NCBI GenBank assembly: GCA_964036045.1 | Contig: OZ038379.1 | Location: forward strand, 69,564,001-69,628,000 | Direction: 5' to 3' | DNA: 64,000 bases | From: Eutreptiella sp. 'Long Island Sound 2002' | Taxonomy: Eukaryota > Protista > Euglenida | Shown: positions 44,901 to 55,789 of the stretch, piece by piece | Position numbering within the stretch: the stretch's first letter is position 1 | How the letters are laid out: every line of letters begins with the position of its first letter | Position numbers and translations under genes: made by a program | Notes under the pieces: model-generated | Databases searched by the model: none | What the model was told of the DNA's origin: nothing | The model's input: the letters and a program-made list of their open reading frames with translations, nothing else

Positions 44901-47900
44901 CAAAGGATGACAATGGTAAGGGCAGGCCGAAGGCTGGTGTGGCCCCCTTCCTTGGTTGTGTTAGGACTGCAAGAAGTATCTTGTACCGTGTGTGAGTACA
45001 GTATTTAAGCCTATGTGTCTTTTCGGTTTGCCGAGGCTGGAAGAATGAGCCAAAGCTCATTCGGTTTTCCGTTTTACAATTTTTACCCTACCTTATACAC
45101 GATGCGAGACAGTGTCGTTCAGTACTACTATCATATTGCATTGATGCCCTGTGTGCCCTGCATGGTGTATTCTTCTACCCACATGTTGTGTAGATGTGCT
45201 GCTTGCTGAACAGCACATACAAATTTTGGCCGTCGTGTGTGATGTGTGGTAAAAGGAAATCAGGTTTGTGACAAATGCGCACCGAAAAACCTGCGAAAGG
45301 TTGAAAAACGTGCCATTCCGCCGTCTCATGCGCCCATTCTTGCGCTGCCAACCCCTGCTCAACCGTGCCGGAAAAACGCATTTCCCTTGTTTTTTTTTTT
45401 GGGCGACAGGGACCCCGCCCCAAAGTAATGCTGCTAGGTCAAAATACCTCCCTGTTTTATGGGTTTATAAACCAGATGTTTATGACACTTGCTAGAAAAT
45501 GGGGCGGTCGGTTTGGGCCGCCTAAGAAAGAAGCCAATGTCAAAAAGAGGCTTGATAAATTGATAGTATGCAACTTCCGGTGCCGGCCCCTATCCTTTAT
45601 CCATGTGCCTTTTGAGGTCTTGAAGGTGATTATAAACGACGCTTTTTGTGATTGAGAGTACCTAACCCCAACCCAAAGGGCCACGCGACAAAGCGTGGAT
45701 CGAGAGTCCGTGACCACAACTCAAGGGACCACGCAGCAAAGCGTGGATTGCGAGTTACTAACCTAACGTGAACAAAAAAAATCTGGTTTCATAAAGACCG
45801 CCATGCAAAGGGGACAAAATGAGAAGTAGCTGCCTCACCCTTGCCTTCTCGTTGGCCCCAAAGAGCGCAGAAATGCTATGCCCCCCCCTGCATTCCCGGG
45901 GGGGTCCCTCATCAAAGGGGGACAAAATCAGAAGTGGCTATGTCACCCCTGCCTTCCCAGGGGCCCAGAAGAGGGCGGAAGTGCTACGTCACCCCTCCAT
46001 TGTCAGAGGTCCCCAATGCCAAGCGCGGGGAAAAAGTTAGAAGTGGCCCACAGGTAGGCACGTCACCTGCAGGCATGCATTTCAATAAAATTGGTAATCG
46101 TTTTTTTGCGGTAAGGTCGTGTAATTTATTTACTTTTGCGGTAAACACGTTTAGAAAAACATCGTCACATCGTGTATTTTTTTTGCGGTAAACAGTGTGG
46201 AAAAAAATCATCACGCCGTGTAATTTTTGTTTGCAAAAAACGCGTGTACACAAAAATCGTCAAGTCGTGTAACCTTCTTTATTTGCGGCAATGGGGGTGA
46301 CGGGCTTACACGACTTATCGCAAAAAACAAGCGCTGATGGAAGCCCGGCCCGCCAGCCCGCGACAAGACCCGGCGGGATAGTGGTAGTTATTGTTAGTCA
46401 CTTCCATGTCACATGCCCATGTCACATACCGGGGTTTTTTTGTGTGTGTTTTTAATAGGAGGGGCATGGATATAGTTCAATTGCATAACTATGCCTCATT
46501 TTTTTAGTCAAAATAATAATCAAAATAGACCAAAGAATGCATACTTCATAGCTCTTGTTCATTGTGATACACATTGTGTTACATCACACTTTTGGTCCAT
46601 GCACTGATTTTGGTACACATTATATTATTCAGCCGAAAAAGAAAATGACGAAAATGACAAAGAGCAACTATCATCACCACATACTACTACACGCGCCCTA
46701 AACAATAGTTTCTGTGTTTCTGCGATGCATCATCAGAACAATACAACCTACGCATAATATACATTGCAGCAAAAATTTACCCATTCGCAAAATGGGTATG
46801 CAATGCAATGCACGTGCAAATGCAGTTAGAAAGACATCAAAAAAATGAAAGAATCCATGGCATTAGCTTTGTGACTAGGCTTGGGAAGGACTCGCTATGC
46901 TCCTCCTTCCCAAGCCTAGAAAGCCGAAAGTATCACATACGCTGGTACGTACCAACAAGTACACATTTCATTGCGCTGATTTTGACCGAAAATCACGACT
47001 AAAAACGAGATTTTTGCGGAAAATGGTCACAAGCTAGACTATGATCATTCCTCCAATTCTATTACGATATGTCTTCACCTTTCAAACGAGCCAAACGGTT
47101 CGTTCCAACTCAACGATATGTTCGAAAACGAAGTCCAACAAATGGAAGCATAAACTGTAAATTGCTACTTTTGACAAAAATGCAAAACCCCCAACGCTTA
47201 TAGATCCGGGCCAACGGGGCTTCAATGGGCAAACAATTGACCTTTTACATTCTTCTAGCTCCAAATAACTCCATCATGCTTGGTTGAGGGCTTGGTAACA
47301 TATGTGCTTCCTACTTGACTACGTGCCGACAGGTACACATTTTCACGTGGCAGGGTACGCACAAGATACAACTGATTTTCGTCAAAAATGACCACCAAAG
47401 ATGCAATTTTTGCGAGAAATGGGTGGGGGATGGCCTGTGGCGGGTCCTGTTTTTCTTTTAGGACATGTTCTCAGCTTTCAAACGAGCCCAACACTTTGTT
47501 CTAACTCCACGGTATGTCAGAGAACGACCTCCGACAAATGGACCCACAAACCAAAAATGTCCATTTTTGACCAAAATGCCAAACCCCCGGCTGCTATATC
47601 TAGGGGTCTTTGGGGGTACACCAGGCAAACTAGTGGCCCTTCCCCTCCCTCTAGGTCCAAATTACTCAAATATGCTTGGTTGAAGTCGCACAAAAGCATG
47701 GGTTTGCAACCGGAACACTGGGGGGGAGACCCATGATTTTGGTAGGCTGGTGTTGTGACAGCACCCAAAAACAGAGCTTAAAAAGCACGTATCTTTGAGT
47801 TTTCGCCCCCATGTGCTCTCTATAGAGGCCATAGGGACGTAACGTTGCTTATACCCATTCCATGGCACCCATACGGGACTAGTTTGCACAAAGGTTCGAT

Positions 47901-48759
47901 CCCTGTGCCGGGATATAGCGCTTTGACAAGGCTGTACAATGGAGACAGCAACCTCATCTGAGTACTGTTTTTTCTACATTTTGTACCCTCTTTCTAGGCA
48001 TCATGAGGAGGCTAGAGGGGTCAACCTTTGGGATTGTCACGTCATTTGGGTACAAATGAACTTGGATTGTCACGTGGTTCATTGCTAGATCCCCGTGGTT
48101 TCGCTACAACAGGCCTACGAAACAGGCCAAAATGGCCAAACTGAGCCACTTTTATCAAAACTCGAAAAATTCATATCTTTGGCCTACCGGCTCGGATTTT
48201 AATAAACCGCAAGCTAGATCTGGGTAGTTTTTGACGCTGAACACGAATATTTAGTCAAAACCTCGGCGTTGAACAGCCTGTTGCCGGAAATCGGCGATCG
48301 GTGTTCCTAAACAGTGATTCGTGCAGTTTTGCGGAAATCCGATTTCACAGCATTATCCGGGCTTAAAAACCCTTCACATTCATGGTCTTAAATCGAATTT
48401 TCGTCAACTCTAGCTAGGTGCTGAGTTCAACAGGCAAAATGTCGGCAACAGCCATTGGTCACGCGTGCGCGCCGATTTTTGACCAGAAATCCGGATTCTG
48501 GCCAATAAAAAAAAAAGCCCGACTATAGTTTCGTAGGGCCCAACCTACCATCCACAAATGTGCCTTCGGTTCGTCCGGAACCTCGTCCGTTGCCACCTGT
48601 ACGGCAGCGCTATTCCGGCAGGATAATCACCGGGGTCAGCTTTACAGCTGAGCGTCACTGGCGGCCGCGGAGCCCCTCCCCCGCGGCCGGACAGCGAACG
48701 GCGGGCCTTACGGCCCAGGGGCAAAAATTACACAACTAGACGATTTTTTTGTTGCACAC

Positions 48760-49210
48760 ATTTACCCCACGAAAAAACTTGCACAAATTACAATATATAT
48801 AGCGCCAAGGAAAGCCATGTGGCAGATAAATTTTGAAGACTATAGTTGTGGCCATAGTGATGAGGTTGCATTTAGCTATTGTATCATAGTGATCCAAATG
48901 AGGGACACCCTCACACATTGCAAACCTGTTGACAAGCAATGCATGCACCATGGGGCGTGTGTACACATGAAGGTAAAAGATCAACCTTTCCCCATTTGCT
49001 GCCATTGTAATCACCACACTAGCAGCTCTCCTACTAGTAGATTTCGGAAAGGCGGCAGTGCCAGCTTGGCAAGATACTTTGCCAGTTCTTGCAAACACAT
49101 GGTGTGTGTGCATTTAGGAGATGCTGCAAACGTGGCTGTCAACAAACATGGCGATGATGTACCGTGTATGTACTACGGGAATTCTCCTGTGTGGGTGCGA
49201 AATCTCGTAA
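48760..49210 (-). repeat. Inverted paralogue of 11190-11700, lacking the palindrome expansion
   Basis: Shared CATGTTTGTTGAC(G/A)GCCAC, TTCATGTGTACACAC and GGTTTGCAATGTGTGAGG blocks. Confidence 0.8.
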
Positions 49211-50199
49211 CGACACACCCTAGCTTTGAGCCATACTTTGGAGCCCGCCATTGCGAGATTTTGCGATGGCATGTTACGCCAACATCTGCAAAAGGAAGCC
49301 CCCAAGCCAAAACTAAGAAAGGGGCTTTCGGGTGACACGGGCCTAGGTGCGGTGAAAACGTGTCAGACGTTTCCGCCGTCCCAGGGGTTTGACCCCCCAT
49401 CCCAGCCCTCAAGGCTATCCCCGGGAGGCAGTTCGTGACACGGGGAAAAACAAAGAAACACTGAGTGTCCGTGTCCGACGCCCCTCCATGCTGCGCCTCG
49501 TTTGTGGCATCTCCCTAAAGAAACAGAGCCACATGCCCCTGCCCACCCAGCAGGCCCCAGCCTGCCACCGCCCATGTGACGCCGATGGCACATGTGCCCT
49601 CCTGTGATTCCCGTGCCCTCCCCTTGGTACACGCTAGAATACCCAATCTCGTTCTAGCCTAGAAGAGGCTAGAGAGGCTAGAACGAAAAAAAGAGGGGGA
49701 TACCCCCCCGCAGGGGGGGGGGGGATGAGGTGTCTAACCTGGACCCCCCTATCCATACTCGGGGGCCCATACTTTTTTTTCACAATTTCACTGTTTTCAC
49801 CTGATTTTGGAGTCCAAAAATTTTTCGTTCTAGCGGCGTTCTAGCGACCTTCTAGCGAGCGTTCTAGAACGCCGCTAGAACGCTGCTAGAACGGTTCGCT
49901 AGAACGCCGCTAGAACGATATATATGAATGCTCCGCCACTCCTCAAAGAGAAGCTGCCCCGGCTACCATGGCCAACTGTGGCCAATCACAGGGTCCCGAT
50001 GCTGGACCCTACTGACGGAGCGCCCCCCCCCCCCCCCCCCCGGTTAGCCATGTTAGCCCCCCACCGCACCCCATAGGTCACTGGGAAGGTCAGTTGGCGG
50101 GCCGGCGCCGGGTCACGTGCTGGTGGGTTAGCCCGATTAGCCCGGTTAGCCCGATTAGCCCCCCTGCCCCCCCAAGCCCCCATTCGCGAGTCGCCACAC

Positions 50200-52828
50200 G
50201 CAGGTTACCCCTCCTGCGTGGTGGGGGGTTGCTGGGGCCCATCCTTGCTCCCGGCACCCCCATTCTCACCCCCAGCCCCCGTGTCACCTTCCTTCTCACC
50301 CCCCGCCTCACCCCCCTTGTCATCCCCCTCCCCCTTGTCACCACCCTCGTCCCCCTCGTCGTCCCAGTCATCCCCGTCGTCCCCGTCGTCCCCGGCCTCC
50401 GAGGCCTCCCGGAGGTGGGCCTCCGCCTCCTCCCGGGTGAGGAAGAGGAGGTCCCCTGCCACCCGGAGGATGCCCCCCTCTTTCTCCCGCTTCCTCTTCT
50501 TCCCCTTCTTCCCCTTCTTCCCCCCCCTCCCCCTCCCCATTGGACCCCTGCGACACCACCCACCACTCCCACGGGTGCAACTCCTCATCCCAATCCCCCA
50601 ACACCGTCACTTGGTTGACGGTCCCCCCATTGCCCCCCTCCGTCCAAGGGACATACTGGCTGTCCCCCACACCCGGCACATTCCCATAGGGGTCCCGGCC
50701 CCGTTCTTGCATAGGGGGGGGGGGCTGGGTTTGGGGGGGGGGGGGTTCTTTGCCCTTGCCCTTGGCCTGCGGCTTGGCCTTGGGCTTGGGCTTGGGGGGG
50801 GCGCCTCCTCTTCGTCGCTACTCTCGAAGTGGCGGGGTTTTTTCTTGCGGGCCTTGGGGGGGGGGCTTGGGGGGGGGTGTCTTCCCCCCGCTGCTGGTGT
50901 TGCTGCTGCTGCTGCTGCTGCTATCATCCCCCCCCCGGTCCTGCAACCTGGCCCAGCCCTTGCGCTGCGGGTCCATGCCCCCAGCACTCCTGCCCACTTC
51001 CCACCTACCCAAACCCTCCAGCACCGAGAGGGCCAAATTGGGGTTCGTCCCCAACATCCGGCTCAACTCGGTGACCCCCACGAGGCGCGTCCGCCCTCCA
51101 CCATCGCGCCACTCCACGCGCACCCCGCTGGGGTCGCCTCCACATGTCTGCACGCTGACAACCTGAAGAGACAAATAAAATGCAGGAGCGTTCTAGCGGC
51201 GTTCTAGGCAACTGTTCTAGCGGCGTTCTAGCGACGCTCTAGCGGCGGCGGTACGGCGGTGGCTAGATCAGCGCTAGAACGGTTCGCTAGATCAATGCTA
51301 GAACGCACTTGACATACCGTGCCTTGGCGGTCCAGGGCGGGGGAGATGGCCCCCAGTGCCTTGGTGAAGGCGTCCGCGGGGTACGGGGGGTGCGGTTGCG
51401 GGGGGCCGCCAGCGGGGGCTGCGGCAGGCTTGGGCTTGGGCTTGGGCCGGGTGGCGATGCCATGCACCACCCCGGCATACACCCCCCGGTTCGCCGCCTC
51501 GGGGTTGAAACCCCCGAAGTCCAGCAGCGCCAACCAGTTCGTGTCCACACCCAGGCCTTCCCGACCCACTCAACCGCACCCAAGCCCAGCCCCTGCCATC
51601 AATGGGCGACGAATCGCCAGTGGGTGCCCCCCCCCTTTTTCCGCTCGGGGGTGAAGATGTTGGTTTGCGCCAACTGAAACATTTTCACCCCCCTTTCGGG
51701 GGGGGGGCCCACCTCCCCCCACCGCTTGTTCCCCTGCCCCGGCAAGTCACGTTGCCACCCCCACGACCCCTTGACCACCCCCAAGCGCAGGGGCTTGTCC
51801 AGGTGGACAACCCCCCCCCCCCCCGTCCACCCATACCCACCGCCCCGCCCCCAACAGCCGGTGGTGCACCCGCACCAACAAAAACCGGAGAGTCCATACC
51901 GGACTCCCCGGGGCCACGAGGAGGGGGGTGTCCAGGTTTGGGGGGTGGGGGCCAGCCAGGACTGCCGGGTCCCATGGCAGGTCCTGGAGGGCCTCCGCAG
52001 CCCTCGACCCCATCAACCCCCGGAGCCAGTAAAATCGCCCCCCCCCCCCCCGCCGGTGCCGCCTCCACCACCTTGGTATCCTCCTCCTCATCCTTCACAC
52101 TCGCCTCCTCCTCCATCTCGCCATGCACGTCCACCTCCACCACCTCGTCCACCTCCTCGTCCTTCACCCTCGCCACCACCGCCGCCAACTGCCTCTCGCA
52201 CTGCCTCACCGCCCGCTCGAACCCCTCCACCGCCGCCGCCTTCTCGGCCACCTTCGCCTTCGCATTGTGAAGGTTGGCCTCCGCCCACTCCACCCTTTCC
52301 TCCTCCGCTCCATCCTCCACGAGGCTCCGCAATTTTACCTCCCAGACTGAGACTTTCGTCTCGGCCCGGGTCTTGGCCGCCCTCGAGGCGGCGCGGGAAT
52401 CCAAGAACCCTTTGAGATCTCCCCGCGCCGCCTCCACCTTTGCCGGTTCCTCCAACGCCGCCGCCCCCTTCCGGGCTACCAATGGGGGAGGGGGTGGCGA
52501 CGGTGGACGATAGGCTTGGGGTTGGAACTTGGGCTTGGGCTTGGGCTTGGCGAGGGGGGCTTTGGGGTGCGGGGCCTGCTCGGCCTTCGGCTCCTCCGCC
52601 GCACGCTTGTCCGCCTCCAGGATTTGGGCAATCAGCGCTTGGGTCGCTGCGTTCTGTAGCACAAGAGCGTTCTAGCGGCGTTCTAGGCAACTGTTCCAGC
52701 GGCGTTCTAGCGACAATCTAGCGGCCGATCGTGCTGCCTAGATCAAGACAAGAAGAGATCACCGCTAGAACGCACAGCACGAAATATACCTGCCTCACCA
52801 GCTCGTCCAACTGGTCCCGCGTAGCCAT
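50200..52828 (-). pseudogene. Element B ORF2: spliced coiled-coil and Pro-rich protein with a possible chromo-like beta module
   Basis: MATRDQLDELVRQ^NAATQAL is in frame across intron 52654-52789. RQGT^VVSVQTCGGD..VRVEWRDG is in frame across intron 51163-51317. Homopolymer frameshifts in between. Confidence 0.6.
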
Positions 52829-52829
52829 C

Positions 52830-54789
52830 TTGGATTGCAAAAGTCTGGTTACGGGAAGCCTGCATGTGACCCCGGCCCCTCCTTACCTCCATGGCATCCC
52901 TGCCCGAGCATGGCACTTGCGACCGTGGCCCCCCATGCACAACCCGCGACACGTCAAAGTACGCAAACAACCATGTCATGCACTGCGCTTGCACATTGGC
53001 CTTCCTGTGGAAGCCGACAATTGACGACCCGACACCTCGTCCACCCCCTTCACCCGACAGCCCCCCCCCCCCCCCCCCGTTGCTGTGCTCGTTTTGACCA
53101 TGTTTCAGAAAGCGGTTAATGCTTTCCGAAATGTCACTGGAGAACATAGCCAGGCCAAAAGGCTTAATGTTCTGCAACATGGTATCTACATCCTGCTCAA
53201 GGCTTAGTAGATACCATGATGCTGTTCCAGCAGTGCAGTGTCGCCGGAAATCGCGCGCAACAGCAGCACAATTCAAAGGGTTAGGGCCCTGATATGTACC
53301 ATAGAGGGCCTGCAGCAGGTCCCACATGTTCGCGATGGCCTTCTACTTGGCCGTGCTTGGCCTAATGCCGAGGCACTTAGCAATATCCGGCCATGCGTCA
53401 AAAAAATTGGCCTTCTCCTCCGCACCCGGGGAGGCTGACCCATAAACGCTCCAACCTGCACGCCTCTCCGACAGGGGAACTTGCAGGTCTCGACGGAGCG
53501 CAGGGGTGACCAACCTAGCCTCCCGATCGAGAAACTCCCCGAACAAGCGGCCCATGGCCATTGTCAAGTGCAAAATGCACAAGACGACCCAGGCACGTGG
53601 CAATTACAAAATGGGCTGCGTATTGCAGCCGGCGGCTTGCAAGGATTGCGTCCCAAGGAGGAAGGCCGTGTAGTTGGCCTCATCACCCTCCATGGTCCGG
53701 GGGTTAGCACTACCCTCCTAAGTCTTCTTTGGGCATTCCATATCCCCTCATTGAACATGGAGCCCACTTGGGGGCATGTAGACACCCCGATCACTCGTCG
53801 TGTCCACGGTTGATCCCCCCCGAGGATCACCTTTGCCTCCTCCTTGGAGGCCCCCCATTGGACCAGCCCCGTGTCGATGATCTCTTGAATCACCTAAACA
53901 CGAGACATGGGGGGTGGTTAATTTCGTTCTAGTCCAGTCCAATCTAGCGTCTAGCGAGCGGTGTTTGAGGCCGACTAGATCAAAACTAGAACGAGTGAAA
54001 GGCACTAGGTGAGAGGACTAGCTCCCAATTGTTCTTCCACAACGCCCCAAGGGTCTCCATGGCCTTGTCATCGCAATTGGCCATGCTCAACACCCAAAGG
54101 CCCGCCGGGGAGCGGGCCAAGCGCTCGAAGTTGGCCAAGGAGATGGTGAGTTGGGTCCAATTGCCCCCGGCCACGGGGTAGGCATCTCCCCGGACGATGA
54201 ACGTCAACGGGAAGGTGCGGTTGATTGACCGCACCAAGCCCGGCCGGGAGAGGATGTATGTGACCCATGAGGCAAAGGGCCATGAGATCCCGGTGGCCTT
54301 GGGCAACACCGTGGCAACGGGGTTGTCCAATTGCACCGGGGCGACCAACTCCTTCCAACGGGCTTGGAAAGCCCGCTCGGTACAAATTGGCCGGGAGTAG
54401 GGGCCACTAGGGACGGTGCGGTGATACTCCAACTTACGGAGCGTGTAGAGCTCCGAGAGGGTCCTCCGCGATGACTTGGGGGCCCTCTTGTTGAGCACTA
54501 GTTCACACATGGCGGTGGGGGGAAGTAGGGAGGCGGCGTATGCCTCAACGGCGGCCTTGCACGCCTCACCCGTGGTTTGGGTAGAAGTGGCGGAGTTCAC
54601 ATGTTGGACGGCGTTGTTGAATTGCCGCCGTGCTAGGGGGCATGATAGCGCCCACGTGGCCAAGTAATGGCCCACCCGCTCATCCTTGAGGGTTGAGGCC
54701 CCACTCAACTCCCGTAGTGCCTTGGACAAGAGGGCAGTATCCTTCCCGGGTGAGGAGGGAGCAAGGGGGGTAGTGGCGGGGCGTTTCAT
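52830..54789 (-). pseudogene. Element B transposase, RAG1/Transib/CMC-like DDE; GT-AG intron 53894-54018
   Basis: IVRGDAY (D1, ~54185), LGGDQPW (D2, ~53814), CILHLTMAMGRL and GLAMFSSDISESINRFLK (E, ~53125). Splicing joins NNWEL^VIQE in frame. One frameshift and one stop downstream. Confidence 0.8.
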
Positions 54790-55789
54790 TGCAAAGAAAT
54801 GTGCAATATCTAAGCGGGAAAGAAGGAAGCATGGAACAATGCACGACGGACAACAGCAAGCAAGCATGCACGCACGCACGCACGGAACAATGAAGAAATT
54901 GGGATATGTTGGTAGACATTATATCGTTTTGGTATTGATCTAATCTAGGCTAGAACGTTCTAGCTAGAGTGTTCTAGGCTAGAACGAGATTGGGTTCTCT
55001 AGCGTGTACCAAGGGTCGTTGGCAGCAAAAATGCTCCCCCCTTGTGTGTCATTCACGCCGGACAAGCTGGTGCGACATACACCTCACGCAACATGGGACG
55101 TTGCTGCCGTGACGCCCCCCTTGCTGATGTCCTGCAACTGCCCCCCCCCCCCCCCGGGGGGGGGGGTATGCTTGCGCCCTGCCCCCTGCCCTTCCCCTAA
55201 CAGGACCAAACACCTGCCTCCTGCCTAGTCGCCTTCAGTGCCTCATAGGACCATCGGCCGAGGGGAGAAGGGGAGTAGGCCCTATGCCTGATAGCCACCC
55301 CTCTGCCTTGCAGGGTTGCCGGCCGAGGGGAGTAGGGGAGCGAACCCTGCACTTGCCACTCACCCTGCTCGGGTCCATAGGCCCTCTAAAAACGAAGTTG
55401 AGATGGTGTCAAAGGCGTCCATCAGACCCACCGCAAGCACCAGTAGCGGTGCTGTGAAGCCACTGTGTACCCACTGCGAACGGAACTTTTGAATGTGTAC
55501 GCTCACTTTGTTGATTTTTTGCCCGTTTTTGTCCGTGGTGCCGTGTCTTTGTGCCCGTTTGCCGTGCTTAATTCACCTAAAAATCATAAAAATTCAAACG
55601 ACGTGAGTTGTAGCTTGAATCGGTCAGAATTTAGCTTACATTCACAAAAAAAAAAGCTGAATTCACCTTTGAATTCGCAACCTCATGCGCAATCGTATTG
55701 GCATGCGTATCCGCATTCATATTCGCGCGAACGTCGCGCGAATATCTTTTGATTTGTGCATGAGCATGCTGTTCTTGTGGTACGTCTTT

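Larger units (their letters stand above)
38702..45526 (+). mobile_element. Element C: 6.8-kb DNA transposon with 21-bp TIRs and 5-bp TSD AAAGA
   Basis: CTTAGGCGGCCCTAACCGACC (38702-38722) vs GGTCGGTTTGGGCCGCCTAAG (45506-45526), 20/21 match. AAAGA at 38697-38701 and 45527-45531. Confidence 0.85.
49621..55015 (-). mobile_element. Element B: 5.4-kb DNA transposon with 44-bp TIRs, possible 2-bp TSD (TC) and GTTCTAG subterminal repeats
   Basis: CCCTTGGTACACGCTAGA(AT/GA)ACCCAATCTCGTTCTAGCCTAGAA at both ends in inverted orientation (42/44). TC at 49619-49620 and 55016-55017. Confidence 0.92.

Noticed and set aside
47885-47915. Box B / T-loop GGTTCGATCCC suggesting a tRNA or SINE
   Set aside because: No acceptor stem or properly spaced box A is visible.
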